Origin: Clostridia bacterium
Lineage (GTDB): Bacteria; Bacillota; Clostridia; Christensenellales; UBA1242
DNA: 64,000 nucleotides
Direction: 5' to 3'
Assembly (NCBI GenBank): GCA_017399265.1
Contig: JAFQDL010000006.1
Location: forward strand, 4,666 to 68,665
Positions within the stretch are counted from its first letter, which is position 1. Every line of letters starts with the position of its first letter. The notes under the pieces were generated by a model. That model did not search any database. It was not told where the DNA came from and worked only from the letters and a program-made list of their open reading frames with translations. Positions 37,588 to 47,710 of this stretch are shown here, piece by piece. The translations under genes were made by a program, and so were the position numbers.

Positions 37588-38280
37588 ATGTATACTAATA
37601 TCAGTGAGAGTGTTATGATAGATAGTCTTTTACAATATGATGATTTTAGATTAATACTAGTTGTGTCAATAGCTTTTGTGCTTGTAATGGTTATGTCGTT
37701 GGGTATGCATGAATTTGCTCATGCGTTTGTTGCATACAAAAATGGCGATGATACAGCTAAACTTATGGGTAGGCTTACTATTAACCCGTTTGCTCATATG
37801 GATCCTATAGGCTTTTTATGCTTATTCTTTTTTGATTTTGGTTGGGCAAAGCCAGTGCCTATCAATCCAATTAAATTTAGGAAATATCGTAAAGGTTTGA
37901 TTTTAACATCGCTAGCTGGGGTTACAGCGAACTTGATGTTAGCGATTGTTGGTGGATTATGTTATATATTATTTATTAAATTTTCTGCGAATATAACAAA
38001 TATTTATGTGTTTGCTTTTTTGCATAATTTTTGCTATTACTTGTTCTATATTAATATATGTTTAATGGTGTTTAATCTTTTACCAATACCACCATTAGAT
38101 GGTTTCAATTTTATATCTACACTTACCAAGTATGACAATAAATTTATTCAATTCATGCAAAGATACGGGACTTTGATTTTGATAGCTGTGTTGTTATTTG
38201 CAGGTGATTTCTTGCAAATGCTAATGGATTGGGTGTCTTTGCCAATACTTTGGCTTTGGAGTTGGATTTTATTTTTATAA
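37588..38280 (+). CDS. Site-2 protease family (M50) membrane metalloprotease
   Basis: HEFAHA (HExxH) is present, with FNLLPIPPLDG in a later TM helix. The exact start is uncertain. Confidence 0.75.
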   Translation: MYTNISESVMIDSLLQYDDFRLILVVSIAFVLVMVMSLGMHEFAHAFVAYKNGDDTAKLMGRLTINPFAHMDPIGFLCLFFFDFGWAKPVPINPIKFRKYRKGLILTSLAGVTANLMLAIVGGLCYILFIKFSANITNIYVFAFLHNFCYYLFYINICLMVFNLLPIPPLDGFNFISTLTKYDNKFIQFMQRYGTLILIAVLLFAGDFLQMLMDWVSLPILWLWSWILFL

Positions 38281-38298
38281 TCTTAAAAAGAAGGAATT

Positions 38299-39090
38299 AT
38301 GGAAGAAAATAAAGATTTGTTGACTAATGATAATGTATCAGATGTTAACGAGAATTTAGAAAATGATGGAACTATGCAATTTAAATTTGCTGATCAAGTA
38401 GGACCTCTAGACCTACTACTTTTTCTTATTAAGAAAAATAAATTAGAGATCGAAGAAGTTAAACTTGCAGATATCACTGACCAATATTTAGAAATGATAC
38501 AGGGTATTGATAAACTAGATTTGGACACTGCTAGTGACTTTATTGTAATGGCTGCTGAATTGATAGAGATCAAGAGTAAATCACTTCTTCCTTCTATTAG
38601 AGAAGACCAAGAAGAGGAAGAAGATCCTGAAGAGTTATTAAAAATGCGACTTAAAGAATACGAACTTATGAAAGAAATGAGTGAGAAACTGAAAGAGGTT
38701 GAAATAACGGAAGTGTTTTACAAAGCACCTGAACCAGAAGCAGGTAAATATAGGGTTGTAATCAAGGATATGCAGTTAGATGCATTGCTAGATGCGTTCA
38801 CTAAATTCATGCTAAAAAACGTGAAAAAAGAGGCGGAAAATACAGAAGTTAAACAGGTAGAAAAAGAAAAATATACTGTTGAACAAAAGATTGCAACAAT
38901 TAAAGATTCTCTTATAATGCATAAGAAAATCAGATTTAGTCAATTGCTTTCTACAACTATATCAAAGAATGAAATTGTAACCACATTTATGGCATTACTG
39001 GAATTATTAAAATTACAGACTATCAAAGTTAAACAAGATAACTTGTTTGAGGATATTGAGATAGTCAAAGTAGAGGAAGAAGATGAATAA
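38299..39090 (+). CDS. scpA: Segregation and condensation protein A
   Basis: The FxGPLDLLLFLIKKNKLEIEEVKLADITDQYLEMI motif is present. It overlaps scpB. Confidence 0.9.
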   Translation: MEENKDLLTNDNVSDVNENLENDGTMQFKFADQVGPLDLLLFLIKKNKLEIEEVKLADITDQYLEMIQGIDKLDLDTASDFIVMAAELIEIKSKSLLPSIREDQEEEEDPEELLKMRLKEYELMKEMSEKLKEVEITEVFYKAPEPEAGKYRVVIKDMQLDALLDAFTKFMLKNVKKEAENTEVKQVEKEKYTVEQKIATIKDSLIMHKKIRFSQLLSTTISKNEIVTTFMALLELLKLQTIKVKQDNLFEDIEIVKVEEEDE

Positions 39091-39796
39091 TTTAAAAGAA
39101 ATTATTGAAGGCATATTATTTGTATCAGGCGAAGGAGTTAGTTTTGAAGACATCGCGGAAAAATTAGGTGTTACGCTAGAAGAAGTTAAAGAAGCTGTAG
39201 AGGCTTTAAAAAAAGAACGTGAAGAAATGAAGGCTGGTGTGCAGGTAGTTATATACAATAATAAAGCACAACTTTCTAGTAACAAAGAATATGTTAATCA
39301 AATCACAGAAGTTCTTAATCCTATCAGAGAGCGTGCATTGACTCGTGCTGTGTTAGAGGTATGTGCTATTATTGCTTATAAGCAGCCTATTACGCGTATA
39401 GAAATAGAAGCTATAAGAGAGTCTAAGAATTGTGATTATGCGGTAAATGCTTTACTGGAGAATAATCTAATAGAGGTTGTTGGAAGAAAGGATACCGTTG
39501 GTAAGCCTTTGCAATTCGGTACAACAGAAACTTTTTTAAAGAAGTTTGGTTTGTCACAAATTGGAGACTTGCCTGAGTATGAAGAATTGATTGAGCGAAT
39601 ACAAGTAATAAAAGATTCTTATATGAAGAAAGATGAAAATAGCTTATTTAACTTTAATAATATTCCAGAAGAGATGGCAAAAGAAGATAATAAAGATACA
39701 CCTCTAGATGATATGGAAGAAGATGAGATATTAGCATCTTTAGATGAATTAACAAGGCAAGACGAATTTGAGATAGATAAGCATGAGTTTGTCTAA
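39083..39796 (+). CDS. scpB: Segregation and condensation protein B
   Basis: The N-terminus is IEGILFVSGEGVS. Two winged-helix repeats are present, including GRKDTVGKPLQFGTT. Confidence 0.9.
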   Translation: MNNLKEIIEGILFVSGEGVSFEDIAEKLGVTLEEVKEAVEALKKEREEMKAGVQVVIYNNKAQLSSNKEYVNQITEVLNPIRERALTRAVLEVCAIIAYKQPITRIEIEAIRESKNCDYAVNALLENNLIEVVGRKDTVGKPLQFGTTETFLKKFGLSQIGDLPEYEELIERIQVIKDSYMKKDENSLFNFNNIPEEMAKEDNKDTPLDDMEEDEILASLDELTRQDEFEIDKHEFV

Positions 39797-39840
39797 AAAA
39801 TATAATTAAATAATGTAAAAATTTTTACATAAAAATATAA

Positions 39841-39870
39841 ATAAAGACGTACAATTGTCTTTATTTTTTA
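39841..39870 (+). terminator. Rho-independent terminator after scpB
   Basis: The stem ataaagac/gtctttat is followed by a T-run. Confidence 0.65.
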
Positions 39871-39983
39871 CTTTTAAAGAGTTTATTTATATGAATTTAC
39901 AAAAATATGTTGCAAAAATTATTGATATTATATATAATTAATTTGTATAAGTTTTGGTACGACTAAAATTTAGAGGAGGAAAT

Positions 39984-40331
39984 ATGGCTGTAAAAACTTC
40001 AAATGCTTATGGTAAAATTACAATTGATGATGATGCTATTGCTATGGTTACTGGACATATCGCTAGAGAATGTTATGGCGTAATAGATTTGTCTGGTCAA
40101 GGTTTTGTGGGCTCTTTTTCATCTCTAAAGAAGAAATCTTTATCTAATGGTGTAAAGATTAAGACATTGGAAAATAGAATATATATAGATGTAGATGTTA
40201 TATTAAAATTTGGCGTATCTATTTCCACAGTTACCGATAATTTAAAAAGTTCAATTAAATATGGTGTAGAGAATTTTACAGGTATGATAATTGATTCTGT
40301 TAATATTAATGTAGTTGGTGTCCGTGTTTAA
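39984..40331 (+). CDS. Asp23/Gls24 family envelope-stress protein (YloU-like)
   Basis: The motif YGKITIDDDAIAMVTGHIARECYGV is present. It sits upstream of a DAK2 protein, as in yloU-yloV pairs. I prefer the start at MAVKT, after SD ggagga. Confidence 0.8.
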   Translation: MAVKTSNAYGKITIDDDAIAMVTGHIARECYGVIDLSGQGFVGSFSSLKKKSLSNGVKIKTLENRIYIDVDVILKFGVSISTVTDNLKSSIKYGVENFTGMIIDSVNINVVGVRV

Positions 40332-40368
40332 TTTTTTCACGGATTTAAGATAGAAGGAGCAATTTTAA

Positions 40369-42021
40369 ATGCAAAAGAGTATAAATAGTGTAATGTTTAG
40401 GAAGATGCTAAATGCTAGTGCTAAGATCCTAGACGAAAATAAGAAATTAGTGGATTCATTAAATGTTTTCCCAGTTCCTGATGGTGATACTGGTACAAAT
40501 ATGAATCTTACATATAATAGTGCAATAAAAGAAGTAAATAATTGTTTAGATAATTCATTCGCTGCAATTAGCGATAGTTTAGCAAAAGGTGCATTAAGAG
40601 GTGCTAGAGGAAACTCTGGTGTTATCTTATCACAAATTTTGAAAGGTATGAGTTCTGTTCTTGCTAAGGCAGAGGAAAACATAACTACCAAGATTTTTGC
40701 TAAAGCATTAGTTGAAGGATCAAATATTGCATATAAAGCAGTTACAAAACCTAAAGAGGGTACAATCCTTACAGTTATTAGAACTATGGCAGAGTCTGCT
40801 ACTAGAACTGCTAAGAAGGTTAGTGATTTTGTTGAGTTTTTTGATATTGTTCTTAGAGATGCAGAATATATCTTACAACAAACTCCAGAAATGCTACCAA
40901 TCTTAAAGAAAGCAGGTGTTGTAGATGCTGGTGGTAGAGGTCTGATAGTAATCTTTACTGGTATGCAAAGGATTCTAAATGGTGATGAAGAATTAGATGT
41001 AAGCATTGAGGAAATGATTAATAATGTTACTCAAGCTACTAATTCTAACGATATATTAGTTAATTTAGAGAATTTAGCAGAAATTGAGTTTGCATATTGT
41101 ACTGAATTTATGGTATCTCATATGAAGAAGAAAACAACAGAAAGCGATATTGATAAATTGAGAGAAAATCTTATGAATATCGGAGATAGTGTTGTATGTA
41201 TTGGTGATTTGCAATTAGTAAAAGTACACGTTCATACTAATGAGCCAAACCTTGCGTTAGGCTATGCTTTGGAGCTAGGTGAGCTTATCAACTTAAAGAT
41301 TGAGAACATGGTTGAGCAAAACAGAGAATTGAAGCGCATGAGAAATCAACAAGAACAAAATCTTAAAGAATTTGGTATTGTTGCGGTTGCTCCTGGTGAA
41401 GGAATTGCTAATGTATTTAAGGACTTATTGGTAGATAATATCATTGAGGGTGGTCAAACTATGAACCCTAGTGCTGATGATATTGCTAGAGCTGTTGATA
41501 AAGTGCCAGCTAGAAATGTATTTGTATTACCTAATAACAAAAATATTATTCTTGCTGCAGAACAAGCTAAGAATTTGACTAACAAATATATATATGTCAT
41601 TCCTACTACATCAGTTCCAGAAGGGATATCTGCTGTACTTGGATTTAATGCAGAAGGTACATTAGATGAAAACATGGAGTCTATGATGAGTGGAAAAGAC
41701 TCAGTAAAATCCGCTTCTGTTACATATGCTGTAAGAACTACACATGTAGACGGATTTGACCTAAATCAAGGGGATATTATTGGTCTTGATAATAAGGGAA
41801 TTATTGCAAAGGGCGCTTTAGTTAAAGAGACTACAATGCAGTTGCTAGATAAGATGGTAAATCCAGATATTGTTAATATTACATTATTCTATGGTGCTGA
41901 TATTAATGAGGAAGAAGCTCAGAATTTAGCAAAAGAAGTAGAAGAGAAGTATCAAGATTGTGATGTAACTCTACTTTATGGTGGACAACCTGTATATTAC
42001 TATATAATTTCTATAGAATAG
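40369..42021 (+). CDS. DAK2 domain fusion protein YloV
   Basis: The Dak2 motif VFPVPDGDTGTNM is present. The 550-aa length and the C-terminal DegV-like half match YloV. Confidence 0.85.
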   Translation: MQKSINSVMFRKMLNASAKILDENKKLVDSLNVFPVPDGDTGTNMNLTYNSAIKEVNNCLDNSFAAISDSLAKGALRGARGNSGVILSQILKGMSSVLAKAEENITTKIFAKALVEGSNIAYKAVTKPKEGTILTVIRTMAESATRTAKKVSDFVEFFDIVLRDAEYILQQTPEMLPILKKAGVVDAGGRGLIVIFTGMQRILNGDEELDVSIEEMINNVTQATNSNDILVNLENLAEIEFAYCTEFMVSHMKKKTTESDIDKLRENLMNIGDSVVCIGDLQLVKVHVHTNEPNLALGYALELGELINLKIENMVEQNRELKRMRNQQEQNLKEFGIVAVAPGEGIANVFKDLLVDNIIEGGQTMNPSADDIARAVDKVPARNVFVLPNNKNIILAAEQAKNLTNKYIYVIPTTSVPEGISAVLGFNAEGTLDENMESMMSGKDSVKSASVTYAVRTTHVDGFDLNQGDIIGLDNKGIIAKGALVKETTMQLLDKMVNPDIVNITLFYGADINEEEAQNLAKEVEEKYQDCDVTLLYGGQPVYYYIISIE

Positions 42022-42048
42022 TAAATAATAAGACAAATTAATACAAAC

Positions 42049-42087
42049 ATAAACAAATAATCATGAAAGTGGTTATTTGTTTTTTTT
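42049..42087 (+). terminator. Rho-independent terminator
   Basis: A 10-bp stem (acaaataatc/ggttatttgt) is followed by a T8 run. Confidence 0.7.
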
Positions 42088-42120
42088 GTATAATTTAGTA
42101 AATAAATTAGGAGGAAAATT

Positions 42121-42429
42121 ATGCAAATTAATAGTATGATTCAAAATAAAACCTTATATATTAGCTTAACTGGTGAATTAGATGAATATACCGCTGCTTA
42201 TTGTAGAAATGAGTTAGATAATGCTTTTAATATTATAGGGTATAACCAAATAGTACTAGATTTATCTAAGCTTACATTTATGGATAGTACAGGTATAGGA
42301 ATGCTTATAGGTAGATATAAGAAGGTTAGGCAATTAAAGAAGCAAATATATATATCTAATCCTAATAATCAAATAGAAAAAATATTTAAAATGAGTGGCT
42401 TATATGAGATTATGCCTAAAATCAGCTAA
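42121..42429 (+). CDS. spoIIAA: Anti-sigma F factor antagonist SpoIIAA (STAS)
   Basis: The STAS fold is present with the phosphorylatable Ser context (FMDSTGIG). It is the first gene of a spoIIA-type operon. Confidence 0.85.
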   Translation: MQINSMIQNKTLYISLTGELDEYTAAYCRNELDNAFNIIGYNQIVLDLSKLTFMDSTGIGMLIGRYKKVRQLKKQIYISNPNNQIEKIFKMSGLYEIMPKIS

Positions 42430-42441
42430 AGGAGATGTTAT

Positions 42442-42891
42442 ATGAAAGAGGAAAATCAAATGATTTTAAAATTTAAAGCGTTAAGTGAGAATGAGGGTTT
42501 TGCTAGGATTTGTGTGTCGGCATTTTTGGCATCATATAATCCAACAATAGATGAATTGGGGGATATAAAAACAGCTGTAAGCGAAGCAGTTACAAATTGT
42601 GTAGTACATGCTTATCCTAACCAAAAAGGGGATATAACAATAAATGTAAATGTACTTAATAATCAAGTATATATATCAGTTGAAGATTATGGTTGTGGTA
42701 TAGAAGATGTAGACAAAGCCAAACAGCCATTTTATACATCAAAACCAGACAAAGAAAGAAGTGGTATGGGCTTTACTGTAATGGAAGGTTTTATGGACAA
42801 AGTGAATATTATATCTATACTTGGTCAAGGTACAAAAGTGGAGATGTACAAGTATATTGGGGAATGTGCAAAGGTGGCATTTGGAGGTTAA
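42442..42891 (+). CDS. spoIIAB: Anti-sigma F factor SpoIIAB (serine kinase)
   Basis: GHKL motifs are present: E..TN...HAY, DYGCGI, and ERSGMGFTVM. Confidence 0.85.
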   Translation: MKEENQMILKFKALSENEGFARICVSAFLASYNPTIDELGDIKTAVSEAVTNCVVHAYPNQKGDITINVNVLNNQVYISVEDYGCGIEDVDKAKQPFYTSKPDKERSGMGFTVMEGFMDKVNIISILGQGTKVEMYKYIGECAKVAFGG

Positions 42892-42892
42892 A

Positions 42893-43615
42893 ATGTATGA
42901 TGTTAAGGAAACTTTACATCTTGTAAAACTTGCACAAGATGGAGATGAAAGTGCAAAAGAAAAATTGTTAAATGAAAATTCTCCTCTAATAAAAAGTGTT
43001 ATAAAAAGATATCTAGATAAGGGTATAGAATATGATGATTTGTTTCAATTAGGAAGCTTAGGTTTTTTGAAAGCTATAACTAATTTCAAAGAAGAGTTTG
43101 GGGTAAAATTTAGTACTTACGCTGTTCCTATGATAGCAGGTGAGGTAAAAAGATTTATAAGAGATAATGGAATAATTAAAGTATCAAGAAGTGTAAAGAC
43201 TCTAAATATGCAAATAAATAAGTTTATTAATGAATATATAAATGAGTTTGATAAGTCTCCAAATATAGAAACAATAGCAAAAAAATTTAATATTTCGATG
43301 CAAGAAGTAGTGTATGCTATGGAAAGTGGTCAAAAAATAGTATCGCTATCTGATGTCATAAATGGTGATAATGAAAACAAAAACGTATGCGTTATTGACA
43401 AAATCGAAGAATATAATATGGATAACGATATGAATATGTTCTTGATATATAAAGAGATAAAAAAGTTGTCTATAAGGGACCAAAAGATAATAATGCTGAG
43501 GTATTTTCGGGATATGACCCAAAAGGAAATTGCAGATCTTTTGGGAGTGTCACAGGTACAGGTAAGTAGGTTGGAAAACAAAATAATAGAGAAGTTAAAG
43601 GCGAAAGTGCAATAA
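42893..43615 (+). CDS. sigF: Sporulation sigma factor SigF
   Basis: Sigma-70 regions 2-4 are present (DDLFQLGSLGFLKAITNF, FSTYAVPMIAGEVKRFIRDNG, QKEIADLLGVSQVQVSRLE). It is the third gene of the spoIIA operon. I prefer the start at MYDVKE, after SD ggaggt. Confidence 0.85.
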   Translation: MYDVKETLHLVKLAQDGDESAKEKLLNENSPLIKSVIKRYLDKGIEYDDLFQLGSLGFLKAITNFKEEFGVKFSTYAVPMIAGEVKRFIRDNGIIKVSRSVKTLNMQINKFINEYINEFDKSPNIETIAKKFNISMQEVVYAMESGQKIVSLSDVINGDNENKNVCVIDKIEEYNMDNDMNMFLIYKEIKKLSIRDQKIIMLRYFRDMTQKEIADLLGVSQVQVSRLENKIIEKLKAKVQ

Positions 43616-43648
43616 AAAAATAACTATTTAATCAATAGTTATTTTTTT
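43613..43648. terminator. Bidirectional terminator between sigF and the convergent ttcA-like gene
   Basis: The stem aataactatt/aatagttatt is flanked by A7 and T7 runs. Confidence 0.75.
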
Positions 43649-44472
43649 AAATTCATAGTTGATGTATATTCTTTGCCTTCTGTTTTGTAGCCGACAAATG
43701 TATCAAGATTGACTTGGTGAATACTGCTAAGAATATTATCTTCTATCATTTCATTTGTTTCTTTTAGTGATTTGATCAGATTTTTGATTTCTAATCTCTT
43801 TGAGGTAATATCTTCATCGTTATTTTTTTCTGTAAATCTACAAGCGCATCTTATAAATTCTAAGTTGTTATATTTTACCCAATTTTCAATAGCTTCTTCT
43901 TTTATTCTAAAAAGAGGTCTTATAAGTTGCATTCCTTTGAAATTTGTTGAATTAAGTTTTGGGAGCATGCCTTGTAATTGAGCTCCGTAAAACATTGCGA
44001 TAAGAGTTGTTTCTATAACGTCATTTTGATGATGGCCTAAAGCAATCTTGTTGCAGCCTAAATCTTTAGCAAATTTGTATAAGCAGCCTCTTCTCATTCT
44101 TGCGCATAGGTAGCATGGATTCTTTGGAGTGGAGTTTGCCACATCAAATATATTGGAATTAAAAATTTTGATAGGTATGTTTAGTAGTTTTGCATTTTCT
44201 TCAATCTTTTCTCTGTTTTTTGCATTATAGCCAGGATCCATAACTATGTATTCAAGTTCAAATGGTACATCAGAAAATTTCTGCAAATTTTGCATCAGTT
44301 TTGCAAGTATAAAAGAGTCTTTGCCACCAGATATACACACAGCTATTTTATCATTTTCATCTATTAATTCATATTCTTTAATTGCTCTTATGAATGGTGC
44401 CCATATAGATTTTCTGAATTTAGTAATTAGGCTCCTTTCAATCATTTTATCTTTGGTTAATTCTCTAGACAT
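43639..44472 (-). CDS. PP-loop ATPase, tRNA 2-thiocytidine biosynthesis TtcA-like
   Basis: The PP-loop CISGGKDS is present, with CxxC (CYLCARMRRG) and a second Cys pair (CACRF). Confidence 0.7.
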   Translation of the reverse strand: MSRELTKDKMIERSLITKFRKSIWAPFIRAIKEYELIDENDKIAVCISGGKDSFILAKLMQNLQKFSDVPFELEYIVMDPGYNAKNREKIEENAKLLNIPIKIFNSNIFDVANSTPKNPCYLCARMRRGCLYKFAKDLGCNKIALGHHQNDVIETTLIAMFYGAQLQGMLPKLNSTNFKGMQLIRPLFRIKEEAIENWVKYNNLEFIRCACRFTEKNNDEDITSKRLEIKNLIKSLKETNEMIEDNILSSIHQVNLDTFVGYKTEGKEYTSTMNLKK

Positions 44473-45152
44473 ATTAATTCCTTTATTACATATTCGGCAA
44501 GCATAAGGCCTGCAATAGCAGGTAGGTATGATATGCTCGCAGGTGAGTGTTTCTTTTCATCATTAACAATTATATTTCTTGACTCTTCTTCAGAATATAA
44601 CACTGTTAGATGATTAATATTGTTCTCTTTACACAATTTTCTCATTACTTTAGCTAATTTGCAGTAATTTGTTTTGGAGATATCTGTTATTTTTAACTTT
44701 GTAGAGTCTAGTTTGTTTCCTGTGCCCATGCAAGATATAATAGGAATGTGAAGAGAATTACATTTCTTTATTATCTCTAATTTAGCAGTAATTGTATCAA
44801 TTGCGTCAATTACATAATCAAATATAGTAAAGTCAATATTATTTATATTATCAGGTAGAACAAACATTTTGTATTTTACAATTTTAATATTAGGATTGAT
44901 ACTTTTGGCTCTAGATTCTGCGATATCGACTTTATTTTTACCTATTGTATCATTTGTACAAAGGATTTGCCTATTAAGGTTGGTTTTATCGAAAGTGTCG
45001 TTATCAAATATATGTATTTCTCCAACTCCTGCTCTAACTAAGGCTTCAAATGCAAATCCGCCCACTCCGCCAAGTCCGAAAAGTGCGATTTTGGAGCTTT
45101 GTAATTTTATTAAATTGTCGTTACCTATTAAAAGTTCTGTTCTTTCAAACAT
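44457..45152 (-). CDS. tcdA: tRNA threonylcarbamoyladenosine dehydratase (ThiF/E1-like) TcdA
   Basis: The Rossmann motif FGLGGVGGFAFEALVRAG is present, with DNDTFDKTNLNRQ. The length of about 230 aa fits. It overlaps the ttcA-like gene by 16 nt. Confidence 0.8.
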   Translation of the reverse strand: MFERTELLIGNDNLIKLQSSKIALFGLGGVGGFAFEALVRAGVGEIHIFDNDTFDKTNLNRQILCTNDTIGKNKVDIAESRAKSINPNIKIVKYKMFVLPDNINNIDFTIFDYVIDAIDTITAKLEIIKKCNSLHIPIISCMGTGNKLDSTKLKITDISKTNYCKLAKVMRKLCKENNINHLTVLYSEEESRNIIVNDEKKHSPASISYLPAIAGLMLAEYVIKELICLEN

Positions 45153-45228
45153 TTGTTTTTTCCTTTAAAAAATTTACTTAGATAGTATACAAAAAAGTAT
45201 CTAATTAGTCAATAGTTTTTAAAATTAG

Positions 45229-45259
45229 TAAAAAAGTGAGTTTTAATCACTCACTTTTA
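45229..45259 (-). terminator. Rho-independent terminator of the 785-aa gene
   Basis: The stem aaaagtgag/ctcactttt overlaps the stop codon. A T-run follows on the minus strand. Confidence 0.75.
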
Positions 45260-47614
45260 AAGTTCTTTTGTTTGTTCATTTGTTGGATTGGCATCTATCT
45301 CATATCTAGTTAAAATTTTATTTCTTTTTGCTTCTAAAAGGGCTTTTTGATAAATTTTAGCACTTTGATATCTACTATGACTATCTTCCAAGTCCTTAGC
45401 TCTCCAGATTGTTTCAGATATTGCGTCTTTGGCTATAGTTTTAGTCGCTCCTAAGAATTTATCGAATGCATCTTTGAAATTTTTAAACTTACTGGTCACG
45501 CCTCTTAGAATTTGAGTTGGTCGCTTTGCTTCTCTTCTTTGCCATGCTGCATTATTTTCAAAATATTCTTGATTGTTTTCTTCATTGTAATAAAGAGTTG
45601 TTTCATCACCAATGATTAAACTGTCTCCATTATTTATTACTTGACCAATTCTTTCGTTATTGTTTTTGTCAAAATAGGTAAATAATGCTACATTATCTTC
45701 TAGTGTATAAATTATAGAGTCTGTGTCGGTAACATGAGGTGTGCTTTTGTAAAAGGGTTTAATTGTGTCATTTAATTGCAATTTCTGTTTTATTTTTGTC
45801 TTAGCGTGTATATTGGACTGACTCTGTAATGGGATAGGTTGATATCCATTTTCGGTATCCTTATATGCTATAATGCCTGCATTGGTTGATGCAATTAAAT
45901 ATGTAGCACCATTGTCTGTTGTAATTTCTTTAAAATGGCGTATGCTTAAGTTTGGATTGCTTTCGATAACTTTATCTATTTGGTGCATCGCTTCCATATT
46001 ATTAAGTAGTGCTATGTTTGATTTTACTTTTTTTTCTCTTTTTGCTTGTTCTTTTGCTAAGTCTATTTCGTATACATTTTCTGAGGTCCCAACTAAAAAT
46101 TTATTACTGTCTGTTCCTCTAGGGATTATTGTTAGACTTTCTTGTTGATCATTTTGCCGATTTCTTGCAGTTAGTGAATATTTTCCTTTTTGTGGTTCTA
46201 CCAAAATATTGATTGAATGATCTGATGTGTCGGAATAATCTGCTGTGTCAAATCTCAAGTGTTCTTTTGGATTTTTACCTAGGAATGTTGTAATTCTATC
46301 TTTGTATGATACAACAAAATCATTTTCGTCATATGCACTGATTACAAAATCAGAATTTGGTAGATAGAATGTTCGGTTTATATTATTTGAATTGTCTTCA
46401 ATAGTATCTCTTAAGATTTCTGAGAACTTTTTACGATCTTCTGGGTTACTTGTTTTATTGGCAGCAACAGCTTGTATTGCTGCTTTAATTTCTAACTTGT
46501 ATTTGCTGCCATATTTGATATTTTCATCTTTAATAGGGGCTTCGGCTTGGATAGTGCTAATAATACTTATTATGTGATCAATTGAATATTTATCAGGGTA
46601 TTCTTTAATTCTATTAAGAATACTTGTGCATATAATGTCATGCGCTCTGTTGTAGTCAGGATCAGTTTCATAATTAGCAGTGTAGTTGGATTGTACCCAT
46701 TTTTGATGAAAATTCTCACAATATTCGTTTACTTTTCTAAAATTTTCTTCACCAATTGCTTCGGCATAATTTTCCAAGTTTAGGGATAAGAAATTATTAA
46801 AATTTATATCCCTGCCTGTAATGGCATTTAGAAGTTTTACTATGTTTACATGAGGTACATAAGAATTGCTTTCGGGATAAATTTGTTGTGTTAGACATTC
46901 TGTTAATCCTTCAGTAAAAAAAATATTATTTAGGAGAATGTTGGAAAATTTTGGTTTGTCAACTTTATTTCCCTGTTCATCTAAGATGCTAGCAAAGTGT
47001 TTAAATTTATCTGCGGTGTCAGTTTCGCTTATTTTTAAAGTTCTATAAGTATTATTTTCATTAAAGTAAAGGTTTTTTATCCCAAGTGTTATAAAATGTA
47101 TAAATTCATGGCAAAGTATATCTTCTACTGAGTTTCTATATTTTAAGTATTTTTCATTTAAAGTGATATCTCTATCTCCGCCAGAGTATCTTTTCAAATT
47201 ACCTGAAGTGTTATCACTTAAAGTCTCGTCTATTACTAAAGTTAAATCTCTTTTATTGTCTATGATAGATTTAACTACGGCATCGTAATCTACTACATCA
47301 TAAAATCCATGTTTTTGGAAATGCTCGTCCATTTTGTCTAACATTTTCCCATAAGATTTTAGCATAGAAACAAATTTTTTAAGCCTTATATCTTCGTTTT
47401 TGAAGGATCTCTCTTCGTATGAGTTGTACTGATACCAAAAATTTGGCAAAGCAGCCTTTAGTTTTTGAAAAGGTGTATCACCAGTCTTAAACTTTGGTCG
47501 TAGACTATATGGTATATGATATAGACTTTTGTATGCTGTGTTGTTTATTATTTGTTTATCTTTATTTTTATTTTTAAAAGATTCTAATAATGTTTTATCC
47601 ATAATTTTCTCCAA
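45257..47614 (-). CDS. Large hypothetical protein with HExxH...E zincin-like motif, paralog 1 (785 aa)
   Basis: CHEFIHF (HExxH) is followed about 60 aa later by FTEGLTE. There is no signal peptide or TM helix. It is homologous over its whole length to the adjacent 623-aa protein, with an extra insert of about 160 aa near the C-terminus. Confidence 0.7.
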   Translation of the reverse strand: MEKIMDKTLLESFKNKNKDKQIINNTAYKSLYHIPYSLRPKFKTGDTPFQKLKAALPNFWYQYNSYEERSFKNEDIRLKKFVSMLKSYGKMLDKMDEHFQKHGFYDVVDYDAVVKSIIDNKRDLTLVIDETLSDNTSGNLKRYSGGDRDITLNEKYLKYRNSVEDILCHEFIHFITLGIKNLYFNENNTYRTLKISETDTADKFKHFASILDEQGNKVDKPKFSNILLNNIFFTEGLTECLTQQIYPESNSYVPHVNIVKLLNAITGRDINFNNFLSLNLENYAEAIGEENFRKVNEYCENFHQKWVQSNYTANYETDPDYNRAHDIICTSILNRIKEYPDKYSIDHIISIISTIQAEAPIKDENIKYGSKYKLEIKAAIQAVAANKTSNPEDRKKFSEILRDTIEDNSNNINRTFYLPNSDFVISAYDENDFVVSYKDRITTFLGKNPKEHLRFDTADYSDTSDHSINILVEPQKGKYSLTARNRQNDQQESLTIIPRGTDSNKFLVGTSENVYEIDLAKEQAKREKKVKSNIALLNNMEAMHQIDKVIESNPNLSIRHFKEITTDNGATYLIASTNAGIIAYKDTENGYQPIPLQSQSNIHAKTKIKQKLQLNDTIKPFYKSTPHVTDTDSIIYTLEDNVALFTYFDKNNNERIGQVINNGDSLIIGDETTLYYNEENNQEYFENNAAWQRREAKRPTQILRGVTSKFKNFKDAFDKFLGATKTIAKDAISETIWRAKDLEDSHSRYQSAKIYQKALLEAKRNKILTRYEIDANPTNEQTKEL

Positions 47615-47685
47615 GCAAATTTTATCTATTATAATTATATCATAAAGCCTTTATTTTAGCAAGTTTGCTGTACTGATACAAATAA

Positions 47686-47710
47686 AAAAGTGAGTAGGAA
47701 CTCACTTTAT
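47686..47710 (-). terminator. Rho-independent terminator of the 623-aa gene
   Basis: The stem aaagtgag/ctcacttt overlaps the stop codon. A T-run follows on the minus strand. Confidence 0.7.

Noticed and set aside
40365-41006. 213-aa minus-strand ORF antisense to the DAK2/YloV gene.
   Set aside because: It lies fully inside a strongly supported plus-strand gene. Its composition is low-complexity and Ser/Leu/Ile-rich, typical of antisense frames in AT-rich coding DNA. It has no SD.
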